Assembly: GCA_000004985.1 (NCBI GenBank)
Contig: GG738850.1
Strand: one strand, 5' to 3'
DNA: 64,000 nucleotides
DNA from: Naegleria gruberi
Taxonomy: Eukaryota
Shown here: in pieces, positions 47,599 through 58,800 of the stretch
How positions within the stretch are numbered: the stretch's first letter is position 1
Layout of the letters: each line of letters starts with the position of its first letter
Notes under the pieces: generated by a model
Seen by the model: only the letters and a program-made list of their open reading frames with translations
What the model was told of the DNA's origin: nothing
The model's database searches: none
Program-made: the position numbers and the translations under genes

Positions 47599-48342
47599 TT
47601 TTTGTTTTCTTCTTCGAAATTGAACAACAATTACAGCAATCTTGGTAAATGATGTTGCATCCCTCCACAAAAAACCGTTAATAAAATTAATTAAAAAATA
47701 AAATTCAAAAGAATAAAAAAAAGCCTTTTTCGCCATCACATTGATTTTATGTGCAGCACAACAAAATACGTAAAATAATTAGGCTTCACTTACGCCCTAT
47801 TACAATTACCATCACATCAAACAAATTATCATCATTTGTATGAATACACCCGCGGAACCCATCATAAATTAAAGCACTGTAGCTATCACACGAATATGTT
47901 TGGAACATGTAATACAATCTTCATGATGCAACAGCTTATTCTGGTCTTTAGAATGGGCTGTCGTCATTATTATTCCAATATTCATGAAGCTGGTTCACTT
48001 AATTTTAACACTTGACTTTCCGAGTTTGTATTTATTAACAATTATTGCATACGATTGGAATGGACAGCTCACTTTATTAGGGCTTGTGCTTGCCTTACAT
48101 GAAAGGTGTGTTATTGTAAAGCAAGTGGACTTTCCATTATCCAATCGTTTAGTTTGATGATTCGTCTACAATTAGTCAATACGGTTCACCTTTCTTCCAG
48201 TTTATGATACCGCAACACGATCTATTTGGTGTGGTGACTACAAACAATACAAGATCTAGTGAAGAATACTGCACAATGTTGGTGCATAAATTGAGTGAAT
48301 GGAAGAGACACTTTATTTCTCACTTTGAAAAAAACAAACAAT

Positions 48343-51300
48343 ATGTATTACAACAAACATTGTAGTACAAGAGTAATTCTTTCATTAATTAGCACAATTT
48401 TATTGTGTGTATTGATTGAAAGTATTATTGTAGAAGGTCAATGTCCTCATCAACAAGTTGGTTTGGTCAATTTTAACACATTAACTGGTTGGAATGTTGC
48501 CAATTATGATATTGTTATTACAAAAGCTGTCAAGTTAAATATTTCTCCTCCAAACAAATTACGTTCAATCACTGTTAAATCAGGTGGTTCTTTAATTTTT
48601 GATAATATTGATCTCAATTTGAATTTGAATTTCATTAGAGTTGAATCAAATGGTAGTTTTATAATGGGTAGTTCAAATTGTCCAATCACTTCAAAGGTTA
48701 TCTTGACATTGTATGGTGATCGTGTCAATAGTTCTATCAATGATCTTGGTAGTGATCCATTCGATGGAAGTAAATTGGGTTCAAAAGGTGTTGCTTTCTT
48801 GAGTGGATCTATTGTTCAAATTTATGGTAAAGTTGATGGACCAAGTTGGAGTGAAATTATCAAGAATTCCACCAAGGGAAGTTCACAACTTGAATTGAAA
48901 GAAGCTGTTCAATGGAGAGTTGGTGATTCAATTGTTGTTGCTTCAACAGATTATGGTGAATTATATGATTATAGAGTTGAAAAGAATGCTTCATTGGGTT
49001 GGATTCGTGGTGAACCATTTCCAAATCAAAATGAAGAGAGAAAGATTATTCAATTATTGAATGGAAACAAGACCATTATTTTAGATAGAGCATTGAATTA
49101 TACTCACTTTGCAAGTGTTGATGGAAAGATTCGTGCAGAAGTTGGTTTATTGACAAGAAGAATTGTTTTCAGAGGTGATGATTCATCTGAAAGTTCACTT
49201 TTTGGTGGTCACTTTATTATTCGTTTGGTTGATAAATTTAATATGGAAGGTGTTGAAATTACAAGATTTGGTCAACAAGGTTTAATGGGAAGATATAGGT
49301 ATGTTTGGTGTTGGTAATCATTTTTATTTAACTTGTATTTAATATTGTTTTTAATGATTTATTTAACTATTACTTATTATTCATTAATAGTTTCCATTTC
49401 CACTTGTTACAAAACAAACCATTTGGATTGAATTTCACAGTTAAGGATAATACAGTTCATCACAGTTTCCAAAGATGTTATGTTGTTCACGATACTAATT
49501 ATATTTTATTGAAGAATAATGTTTGTTATCGTGCATTTGGTCATATGTACTTCTTGGAAGATGGATCTGAAGTAGGAAATGAATTTAACAATAATTTGGG
49601 AGTTGATCCAATTCCAATCTCAAGAGAAAATCCTCGTCAAATCATTTTATCTGATTCTGATGTTTCAGTTTTTTGGATTACTAATCCAAACAATACATTC
49701 ATTGGAAATCATGCAGTTGGTGGTCGTTTCCCATTTTGGTTTACAATGCCAACATTCCCAACTGGATTGAGTGCAAATAGATACGCAGCTGGCTCTATTA
49801 ATCCAAGAACTGCTCCTCCAAAACCATTCGAAAACAATGTTGGTCACAGTTCATCAGGAAATGCTCTTCACATTGATGATATGGAAAAAGCTGATGGAAG
49901 TACAGAACTTGCTGGTTATTTTCCTTCAGGTGTTGTTGAAGCACTTTACAATGGATTTATTGCTTATAAGAATAGAGGATATGGTGTTTGGGCACGTGGT
50001 GGTTTACTTCGTTTCAAAAATTTATTCTTAACTGATAATAGAATTGCCATGAATTCTCCACCAGGACCAAGTATCATTCATGACAGTACTTTTATTGGTG
50101 AATCTGAAAATGTTGGTGAATTTTCATACAGACCAAAGATTGATCTTGGAAATAGAACAAGACCAGGTCAATATGTTAGTTCCAATTTGGATTTGATTAA
50201 GGGTTATGAAACTTATGATAATGGTGGTCCACAATACTTGAGAAATATCACTTTTATCAACTTTGTTACTGATTCATTCAAATATGCAGGTTCCTTATCT
50301 TCATTGAATAATTACTTTAAACATCAATCCAAAAACAGATATGCCAATTTAAAGTTTGTTAATGCAAACAGATATATGGTTTTCCCTTGGAATTATCCAA
50401 CTTATTATGATAATCACAAGGCAACTGCTTTGATGGATGTGGACGGCTCAACCACAAGTATTTCATCAATTGGTGGTTGGATCACTGGTAATGACACAAC
50501 CATGACATTCACACAATGTCAAGCAAGAACTGAATGGAATGCCTATCAATGTCCATTCTTTGGTGAATCTTTTGCTCAATTCAGAGTTGTTAACTGGAAT
50601 TTAACAAGTGTTAACACAACTGGAAGTGATGGTATTAGTAGACCTGATATTATTAACACTGGCAAGAGAGTTCCAAGAATGATTCTTGTTGATTTATTGA
50701 GAAATCGTGAATCCAATGTTATTGGTGCATTAATTGGTGCTACTCAAGAATATTTCATGCAAAGTAACCTGATTGCAAGAGGTTTCTATGGGCTTCGTTG
50801 GCCATACGACATTCCAACACCAAAAGATTTGAGTTTCTTCCTTGATTCATGTGCATCAAATGATTGGATTGTTGTTTCTGTTCAATATCCAAAAGGAACA
50901 ATTTTCAACATTAGATTCTACATGAGTCCAACAACAATTAACATGACCAGAACTGCAAACTTTACAACCATGTTGAGTGAGCCGACCAAATATTATTATT
51001 ATGATGATGCCACTGAACATTTGTACTTGAAGATCCAAAATAATGCACCAAGATCCTGGTATAGAGTTGTTGATAGCTTTGTTGATTACTATTCAACTGG
51101 TGTTGTTTATTTGAATGCCACATGTCCGAGAGGTATTTGTGCACCATCAAAATTCTCCAATCCAAGCAATGCAGGAACAACATATAAGACATTAATGAGA
51201 GAAGATAGATTTGTTGGAAGATTGGAAACATGTCAACAAGCAAGTGTGAAATCATTGGCTGCCAATTCCACAAGTGGAAGTGGTTATGTTTTTGCATTCT

Positions 51301-52283
51301 TGAATTCCAAAACAGCTTCTCTTGATTTTACTGTTCAACACAATTTGAACGATATTGTTACATCAATTGATATTGGATTTGGACTTGCAGGAAAGGAAGA
51401 ATACATTTCCACACCAACCTCAAAGATTATTCCCTATACTCAAAGCAGATTTGGTTACACCTTGTCATATGAAGAGTGGAATTATTTACTCCAAGGTAAA
51501 ATGTTTGTGAAATTATCAACTACTCAAAATGCAAATGGACATTTGAGAGCTCAACTCTATATTAACAACGCTACATCAACAAGTTGTAATTTACCACCTT
51601 TGGTTTCAAATGTTAAACCGTGTGATGCTTTGAATTTGAAGAATTCTTCCCATGTTATTTCAATTTATAGTGAAGGTCCAAAATTGACAAATGAATGGTA
51701 CATGTATGCCTATGTTCCAGCTGATATTAGAAATACATTTGTTAATGCTAGTTATGCACCAGCTATTTGTGGAAACTCATCAATGCATTTTGGTTTCAGA
51801 AAGGGAAATATTTCATTCAACAAGATTGGTTCCAATAAGATTTATGTAGATACCAGTATTTATCAATACTTTGAATTCTTTATCAAGACTGTCAATAATA
51901 CTGGAAGTGTTCCAAGTTTGACAATTGTATTTGGTTATTTGAATGATACAAAGGTTGTTGACTTTTCTAGAATCAACACACAAGCTAATCACACTCAATA
52001 TTTAAAGATTGATGGAAATACAGTGACTCGTGTGAGAATTCCACTTTCTGAACTTGGTTTTGCACCAATTCAAAACATTCACAGAATTATCTTGTACTTG
52101 CCAGATCAAACTAATTTCATTGAATTCTTGATGGATAATATGAGATTTGTTGGAGCACCAGCAACAGCTGAAAGCACAGCAAGAACCATGACTGTTTCTC
52201 AATGTAAATACTTTGGTGGTGTTTCATCATGTGGAAGTTTGGTAAATCCAGATCCAGATCCATTAGGTATTAGAAAATTGTAA
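48343..52283 (+). CDS. secreted G8-domain / right-handed parallel beta-helix protein (CEMIP/TMEM2-like architecture, about 1280 aa); exons 48343..49298 and 49391..52283
   Basis: ATG 48343 with signal peptide MYYNKHCSTRVILSLISTILLCVLIESIIVEG. A 92-nt GTATGT..TAG intron (49299..49390) joins ..FGQQGLMGRY to (S)FHFHLLQNKP.., recreating the G8 GRYPIHFH-type motif. Many PbH1-like NxxxxN/GxxxG turns follow, with N-glycosylation sequons. Confidence 0.6.
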
Positions 52284-52342
52284 TCCAAATAAACATTATT
52301 TCATCTCTTATTACAAATTATTTCGAAAAAATATTAAAAAAA

Positions 52343-54100
52343 ATGGGAAATCAAAAGAGTAAGGGAACTTCTCATCCCTCCATTCATACAAAAGACATCA
52401 AGACTGATACAAAATTGAGTTCTTTTCGGTTTTTCCCACTCAAGAGTTCCTATACTTGTGGTAATTCAATGGCAAGGTTGTTACCTCCTCGGGATGTAAT
52501 TTGCAAGTTAGCCTTTGATTTTTTGGAAATTTATGATATTAATCAATTGGCCCAGAGTTGTAAATTAATTTATTATTGGTTGGTTTGTGATGATGCGAAA
52601 AAGGGTGATGGCGGATTTTGGAAGAGGATTGCTAGACGAGATGGATTTTCTGAATTTAGGGAAGAATTATCAGGTGATGAATGTAGGAAAATGTATTGGA
52701 AATTGATGGAGAGTAGATTGATATTTGAGAAGGACTTGAATTGTTTGGAATCACAAACATACTCAATTCGTAATCTTCATTCGGAAAGTTATGAAAAGTT
52801 TAAGGAATTTGTGGCTACTATTAACCATGATTTTGGTCAATTGTTGTATATTTTAAGGAATACTAGGAGGAATGTATTGACTAGAGCATATATTGCAGTT
52901 TTTGGGCTTGTAGATCATTCAGATAGTTCATACAATGAAAAACTGGAGAAAATGGCAAGATTAGCCATGTTGGTTGAAGATGGAGCTATCTTTCAAACAA
53001 ATTTACAATATTTCGGTTTGGTAAAGAGTAATATTGTAGCTTGTTTGTTTAGCAATATCTATCTACGGTCAAATACTGAGCTCGAAAATCATTTTGTGAT
53101 TACTACTGCATTTAGGACCAATTATCCTTTGGAATCGAGTGCAATGTTTGTGGAGAGTGCAATTATTTTGTTAGAAAAAAGATTTAAAGAAACCCAAAGT
53201 GATACAGACCAGTTTTATAGATTATTTTGTACAGTTTTGGGGAATCCTGAAAAGAGAAAGATCATACGGAGGATTAATGAAATGAAAATATTCGTTCAAT
53301 TGTTTTTACAATACAAAGGAGGAGATGAGATGGTTGATATTATTTTAACGTTGTTACTGTGTGAAGACAAATGCGGACGCGAGTCAATCAGCTCAATTAC
53401 ATTTTCAGTTTTACAAGAATCAATATTTGTACATCCTTTACTATTAGAAGGATTAATGAAAGAGGAATTCTATTCGAATAATTCATGCCATCCTAATTAT
53501 TTAACTGTTGTTGGGAAATATATTTCCACTCCCGATTTGAATATTGATTGTGGATTAAGAGAAAGAGCTTTAAACCTTATGGTAAATATGTGTAATATTA
53601 AGAATAATAAGGATGTAAGAGATCCTTTCCTGTATTTCATTCCTTGGGCTGAGATCAGAAAGAATCAAGCCTTTCCAATTTTGGAATTCAAAGAAAATGC
53701 CCTCTCTGAATTGAATGATTGTATATTTGATTGTATTAAGAAAGATTTAATTGTTTACTACCTTGGTATTGTTATAGAACTAGCTGAACATGATTTGAAG
53801 AAAACTGTGGATAGTATGCTGGATATTAGAAACTTACCTTCTATTTCTCATACTTTTATTCGGATTTGGTCGGAATTATTTAGAATATTTGAAAGATATT
53901 CCAAAGTCGTTGAACCAAATGAAACAGAATTATTCTTTTCTCGATTGGTTGAACTCCTTCATTGCTGCTGCCAAGAATCAATGTATCAACAAAATATAAC
54001 CTTGTTGGAAATGATAGAAAAGCAATTGAAATGGATAAATCCTAAATATTCCAATACAGAACATGTAGAAAAGGTGTTGATATCCATTAGAACAAAGTGA
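52343..54100 (+). CDS. N-myristoylation-motif protein with an N-terminal F-box-like segment (585 aa)
   Basis: ATG 52343 after A7 gives MGNQKSKG, an MGxxxS myristoylation consensus. F-box-like VICKLAFDFLEIYDINQLAQSCKLIYYWL. Single exon. Only 59 bp downstream of the previous gene's stop. Confidence 0.55.
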   Translation: MGNQKSKGTSHPSIHTKDIKTDTKLSSFRFFPLKSSYTCGNSMARLLPPRDVICKLAFDFLEIYDINQLAQSCKLIYYWLVCDDAKKGDGGFWKRIARRDGFSEFREELSGDECRKMYWKLMESRLIFEKDLNCLESQTYSIRNLHSESYEKFKEFVATINHDFGQLLYILRNTRRNVLTRAYIAVFGLVDHSDSSYNEKLEKMARLAMLVEDGAIFQTNLQYFGLVKSNIVACLFSNIYLRSNTELENHFVITTAFRTNYPLESSAMFVESAIILLEKRFKETQSDTDQFYRLFCTVLGNPEKRKIIRRINEMKIFVQLFLQYKGGDEMVDIILTLLLCEDKCGRESISSITFSVLQESIFVHPLLLEGLMKEEFYSNNSCHPNYLTVVGKYISTPDLNIDCGLRERALNLMVNMCNIKNNKDVRDPFLYFIPWAEIRKNQAFPILEFKENALSELNDCIFDCIKKDLIVYYLGIVIELAEHDLKKTVDSMLDIRNLPSISHTFIRIWSELFRIFERYSKVVEPNETELFFSRLVELLHCCCQESMYQQNITLLEMIEKQLKWINPKYSNTEHVEKVLISIRTK

Positions 54101-54147
54101 GCTTTCAAATGGTAGTATTTTGTAAAGTGTTAAACAATCAAAAAAAA

Positions 54148-56112
54148 ATGGATGAACATGATAGGAAGGCATTCCTTCCTTTTTGCTTTCCTACATTTAA
54201 AACGCTTCCCTGTAAATCATCAGATGGCGATCAAAATTCCGATGATGAAGAAAAATCTATGGAAAATAATTCAACGGTGATGAGAGAAAGATTTGATTTG
54301 AATGTTCTTTTACATAAAATTGATCCGGACTTGAATATATCAGTGGATGGAGCTAGAGAATTAGGACATTGCTTAATGATGCAAATGTGGTATTTAGTAT
54401 TGAAATGTCCGGAATTATTTCAACCAAAGAAGGAATTTGAAAAGGACGCCAGCTTGTTGGAGGACTATGTTGTTAAGAGACAACACGAGTATTCGAATCA
54501 AATATTTTATGATTTGTTGTTTTATGATGATTCTGTGAAAATGTCCAAGATGAAAGGAGGCGAATCAAAACAGAAAAAACAAAAGACCCAAAAGAAGGGA
54601 AATCAACAAACATTGAAATCATATTTGAGTGATTTGTTACGCTGTTGTTTGACAAGTGAATTGGCGAAAGGTGCTCTGGAAACTTTTGAACAATCTCTTT
54701 CGCTAGACCATAATATTTCTCCTTCTATCAGTCCAGAAGATTTGAAGGAATTAATATTGCAAATATTTACCTTCAATAATCCACCAAACATGAAGCAATG
54801 TAACATTGAGGATGTGCTTTTGTGCTTTGCATCAGTAATGGAATATTTGGCATTAGAAGTGTTGGAAGGATCTTGCTCTCTTACAAATCAAGCTGGATTA
54901 CAATTCATTTGGTATCCAGCCTTACAACAATCCATATATATAGATGAGGATTTGGCTTCTACATTATTTAATCATATTGGACTTATTCCTAGGGTCGATT
55001 TAAGATATTTTTACGGAGCTAATACTCGAAATGAAACTGTAAATTGGACTGGCATCTCAAATGATATTGTGTTTGAGATTTTATCTAAATTTGACAGCAT
55101 GAATGACTTGATGCAGATGAGATTGATCTGCAAGAGTTGGAATTATACAATTTTGACAAACATGCTCATTTGGAAGAATCTCTCAAGGAACGTAATGGTT
55201 AGAGAGGCTTTGTTTTCAGTGTGTGATACTAGTTTTTCTGCAGAAGAATTGGAAGAAACTCTAGGCAGAGCACAAGGTGAATTACCCAAATCAGCTCTTT
55301 CAAAGTTCCTCCTCCAAAAGAAAGATTGGTCAGGCATTTATTTCGGCAATGTCCACAATCATTTACAATTTGTAAAGGATTCTGAAAAATTACTTGAACT
55401 TGGATTTGAATGGCTTCCAGATCCAGGAGACCAATCATTGTCATATAGCGAGTTGAAAGAGGTTTTCCAAGAGTATATTGCAAAGGTTAGGTTCGGAGCT
55501 AGGAGTGATCCCCTAACTCAGCAACCTGAGGAGCCCAATTTTGAAAAAATCATGGTACCAAAATCTCACTTTGACGAATTCAACAAAATTGGAAGAAACT
55601 ACACATATCTTGGAATGATGGATTTTTCACAACTTTCATCCTTAGTTTCGTGTAGAAACTTCCCAAAATCTGGTTTATTGTATTGCTTTTATGATTTTAC
55701 AACTGAGATTGGATTTACACCTTTCTGTGAAGAAACAAACTTGATACAATTTACAATCAGCGATACTACCTTCCAAGTAGCAAAACCATCAGCTACTTCT
55801 TCGTCTTTCATGGATTCAGTGATGGTCAATTCCATTCCTTCTCATCCACTCTTATGGATGCAGTCACCATTCCTCAATAATTCAAGGAGTCATGTTTTCC
55901 CAAGTTTTGCTTTCGTTAAGAGTACTCGAATGGAAACCCTACCTGCAGATATTTGCCTGCTTTCTGATTCATTTTATTTGAATAGTGAAGACGAGGATGA
56001 GGAGGCTACTTGGACATTCGCAGTGTACATTTCACAAAATGATTTAAGAAACAGAAATTTCTCAAAAACAACTACCTTAACAGTGCCACACTACCAACAA
56101 TTTTTGAGGTAA
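54148..56112 (+). CDS. F-box protein containing a histone-H2A-like fold segment (654 aa)
   Basis: ATG 54148 after A9; the ORF-track start at 54097 is non-ATG. Residues about 210-290 (..NIEDVLLCFASVMEYLALEVLEGSCSLTNQAGLQFIWYPALQQSIYIDEDLASTLF) align with H2A alpha2-L2-alpha3 ([49 protein letters not shown]). F-box at about 330 (ISNDIVFEILSKFDSMNDLMQMRLICKSWNYTIL). Starts 47 bp after the upstream gene's stop. Confidence 0.5.
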   Translation: MDEHDRKAFLPFCFPTFKTLPCKSSDGDQNSDDEEKSMENNSTVMRERFDLNVLLHKIDPDLNISVDGARELGHCLMMQMWYLVLKCPELFQPKKEFEKDASLLEDYVVKRQHEYSNQIFYDLLFYDDSVKMSKMKGGESKQKKQKTQKKGNQQTLKSYLSDLLRCCLTSELAKGALETFEQSLSLDHNISPSISPEDLKELILQIFTFNNPPNMKQCNIEDVLLCFASVMEYLALEVLEGSCSLTNQAGLQFIWYPALQQSIYIDEDLASTLFNHIGLIPRVDLRYFYGANTRNETVNWTGISNDIVFEILSKFDSMNDLMQMRLICKSWNYTILTNMLIWKNLSRNVMVREALFSVCDTSFSAEELEETLGRAQGELPKSALSKFLLQKKDWSGIYFGNVHNHLQFVKDSEKLLELGFEWLPDPGDQSLSYSELKEVFQEYIAKVRFGARSDPLTQQPEEPNFEKIMVPKSHFDEFNKIGRNYTYLGMMDFSQLSSLVSCRNFPKSGLLYCFYDFTTEIGFTPFCEETNLIQFTISDTTFQVAKPSATSSSFMDSVMVNSIPSHPLLWMQSPFLNNSRSHVFPSFAFVKSTRMETLPADICLLSDSFYLNSEDEDEEATWTFAVYISQNDLRNRNFSKTTTLTVPHYQQFLR

Positions 56113-56262
56113 TAATCAACTACAGTTTTGCTTGTTAAAAAAACAAAATAAATCCATTCATGGCAACCATCGTTGGTCTCTTTATTGTCATTTTGATTGT
56201 AAATAAAGGAATTAGAAGCCACTTGTAAAACTTGTGTACAACAAAGGAACTAGTTCTAGATA

Positions 56263-56990
56263 ATGGTGAGGTACTATGCTCACGTGATGAACCATGCACC
56301 AATGGACAAACTTGCTTATATATCTATGGTAAAGCTGGTGTTTGTGGTACTCCTAAAAAGGATGGAGAAACATGCTCCCACAAAGCATACTGTCTTCCTA
56401 ACAGGAAGTGATTCAGACACCAAATGCATGTCGATTGGTAAGATGGGAGAGTATTGTGACTCTCAAGCTGATTGTGTTGGAGGTTTGGAAATTCCATCTG
56501 GCTATTGTGAGAGTGGAATCTGCAAGGATTTTTCCACTCTGACAGGATGCTCTTCATGTACAAATGTTCATGTGGAGGCGATAAATGTGTTGATACATGT
56601 TTAGGACCACAAGCTGATGCTGAAATGTGTTTGTACAACATGGGAGCTGCCTATTTGGTGGGAGCTGACTATAGTTTCTCACTCATTCCAGGAATTTCTA
56701 CTTATCAGTGGTATGATGAAAAGTCTTCCCTATTCAAAATTGCAAACCTATTTCCAACATCATAAAAGCTGTATGAAGGCTAAATTGGCAGCAACAGGAA
56801 TTGTTGGTTTTGAATTTGGATAATGATGAGGGAGAACCATTGATGCCACTTCAACATATACTCCTGATCAGAAGGCTTCTAGTGCTGTTGTGCTTAGTGG
56901 TGAATTCATATTGTTCGCCTTGTTGTTATCATTGATCCTTGTTGGGTTTGATGAGAGCTACGAAGTTAACTTTGCCACATTTTTTTCTAA
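56263..56990 (+). CDS. putative multi-exon small secreted Cys-rich protein, possibly GPI-anchored; model unresolved
   Basis: Several short coding-looking + frames carry colipase/Dickkopf-like Cys spacing (CSRDEPCTNGQTCLYIYGKAGVCG; KCMSIGKMGEYCDSQADCVGGLEIPSGYCESGICK; CSCGGDKCVDTC). The terminal hydrophobic tail (SGEFILFALLLSLILVGF) resembles a GPI signal. Frame shifts between segments imply introns. Confidence 0.3.
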
Positions 56991-57096
56991 TTATAATTAA
57001 AAATTAAATTTGAAAATATTTTATTCAAATAAAATTATTTTAATGTGTAACGGTTATGGCGGCAATTTTCTCCCCAACTTTCCTCTGTCGATGTAA

Positions 57097-58704
57097 TTAA
57101 TTTCTTGGAACTGTTGCTGCATCAACAGTAAATTCCAATGACTTTTCAGGTGTGAAATTACATCTGCAAACATTAACTCCCAAACAATCAGGATCTACAG
57201 CCTTTCCACAATTACAATCACAACCATCGTTGGCTCCCCAGAATGTTTTATCACATGTCCATTCAGATGGTGCTTCAGTATTCTCGTAGAGACAGTTTCC
57301 ACTTGTATGAGAGCATCCACTCACAAATTTTCCTCTCACATGTGGACAATTTTGGATACTACTCAATTGAACTAGATCACAATCTGGATCATAGGCTCCA
57401 CAATTACAATGACAAATCTTTCCATCAGAATATTCCTCATGTTTACATGTCCATGACTCTGGCACTGAAACATCATGCAAAAATCTCGATTTCTTTGATA
57501 AATTTTCAGAACTGTAATACTTTTCAGTATTCCACGATTCAATCAATACTGGTTCTGATGTGTTATATTGATATCTTTCAATGAGATAGGCAATTTCCTG
57601 ACCTATTGTCTCATCATGTCTATAATAAATTTTGATATAATCATTGGCTGATCCATCAATCCAAGAACCAGAATTAACATAGAGAAAATCAGGTCCCTTC
57701 TTACTTTTCAATTCCTTGACAAGTGGAATGTGAGTGTGACCTTGGAGAACAATCTTGTCCATGTGAGGATCAATGTTTCTATGCAAAATGTCATCATAAT
57801 TGTTACAACTGGCTCTGACCATATCGTCCACTTCCCCAGATGAATAATCCTCTCTGTATCTACTTCTTAAATAGGAATATTTCTGATTGGCTAACTCAAC
57901 TGTGACATCTACACTTGAACATTCTTCACAATTAGCCCAAAAACAGGCACCTTTGAATATTGTCGAGTCATTGTGTGGATATTCACCAAAGGCTTTCTCA
58001 ATAGCCGAAACTCCAAGAATTTCACCAACTGGACCACTTGCCAAACTTCCAATAAAGAATGGAACAAAATCACAAATTTTCTGGAAGAATTCAGGAGCTG
58101 AAGTAACACCACTTGTAATACTTGCTCTTGCAATGAAATATCCAAAAGATCTGATTTTATCTGGATGTGGAGCATTGAAAAAATCACTCTTGTGTCCATG
58201 TTCAAATCTCACTCCCATATCTCTGTATTCCTGACTTGTATAAATCATATCCAATCCATATTCATTTTGTAAAATATCCACATCATGTTCTGTGAGTTCC
58301 ATATCATGATTTCCTTGAGTGAGAATTAATTTTGCTCTATTAACATCTAGAACATTTTTCAATAATTTAAGAATTTTTGTAACATCAACTCCATAACGAT
58401 CTTTGCTTCTAATCAATTCAGAATTCTTGATTGGCATCTCATCAATGTGATCTAACCAAAATTCAAAAATATCACCATTAATCACAACATCCATCAAAGG
58501 AGGTCCCTCTCCTCTCACCTTTGAATTTGGTTGAGCCAAATCTTGCAGAAAATGTGTTAACAATTCATGAGAAGTTTTCGATTGAAACCAAGGTCCTCCG
58601 ATATGCAAATCACTCACAACAATTGTTTGCCTGTCAGCAATCACCAACACTGTCAAGCAAAAAATCGCAATCAAGAGTGAGTATAAAATATTCTTCCTCA
58701 TCAT
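57097..58704 (-). CDS. secreted calcineurin-like metallophosphoesterase fused to two C-terminal CxCNCG...DPDC cysteine modules (535 aa)
   Basis: ATG 58704 after A8. Signal peptide MMRKNILYSLLIAIFCLTVLVIA. MPP motifs VVSDLHIGG, GDIFEFWLD, GNHDMEL, GHTH. The tail repeats CKHEEYSDGKICHCNCGAYDPDCD and CDKTFWGANDGCDCNCGKAVDPDCL. Confidence 0.7.
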   Translation of the reverse strand: MMRKNILYSLLIAIFCLTVLVIADRQTIVVSDLHIGGPWFQSKTSHELLTHFLQDLAQPNSKVRGEGPPLMDVVINGDIFEFWLDHIDEMPIKNSELIRSKDRYGVDVTKILKLLKNVLDVNRAKLILTQGNHDMELTEHDVDILQNEYGLDMIYTSQEYRDMGVRFEHGHKSDFFNAPHPDKIRSFGYFIARASITSGVTSAPEFFQKICDFVPFFIGSLASGPVGEILGVSAIEKAFGEYPHNDSTIFKGACFWANCEECSSVDVTVELANQKYSYLRSRYREDYSSGEVDDMVRASCNNYDDILHRNIDPHMDKIVLQGHTHIPLVKELKSKKGPDFLYVNSGSWIDGSANDYIKIYYRHDETIGQEIAYLIERYQYNTSEPVLIESWNTEKYYSSENLSKKSRFLHDVSVPESWTCKHEEYSDGKICHCNCGAYDPDCDLVQLSSIQNCPHVRGKFVSGCSHTSGNCLYENTEAPSEWTCDKTFWGANDGCDCNCGKAVDPDCLGVNVCRCNFTPEKSLEFTVDAATVPRN

Positions 58705-58800
58705 GTGTTATTTTTTTTCAAATATTGAAAACGATCTTTTTTGGCGCCAAACTTGATAAATAATTGAACTTGGAACTCTGTGGCACAACTCAAAAAAAAA
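58705..58800. promoter_or_regulatory. 96-bp shared divergent promoter between two metallophosphoesterase genes
   Basis: ATG 58704 (minus) and ATG 58801 (plus) are both flanked by poly-A runs. The whole intergenic interval is 96 bp. Confidence 0.45.

Noticed and set aside
54097-54147. Possibility that 52343..54100 and 54097..56112 are one gene, because the ORFs abut or overlap
   Set aside because: The downstream ORF-track start is non-ATG. A real ATG with the species-typical A9 leader occurs at 54148, after an in-frame TGA. This favours two tandem genes with a 47-bp spacer, although read-through cannot be excluded without transcripts.
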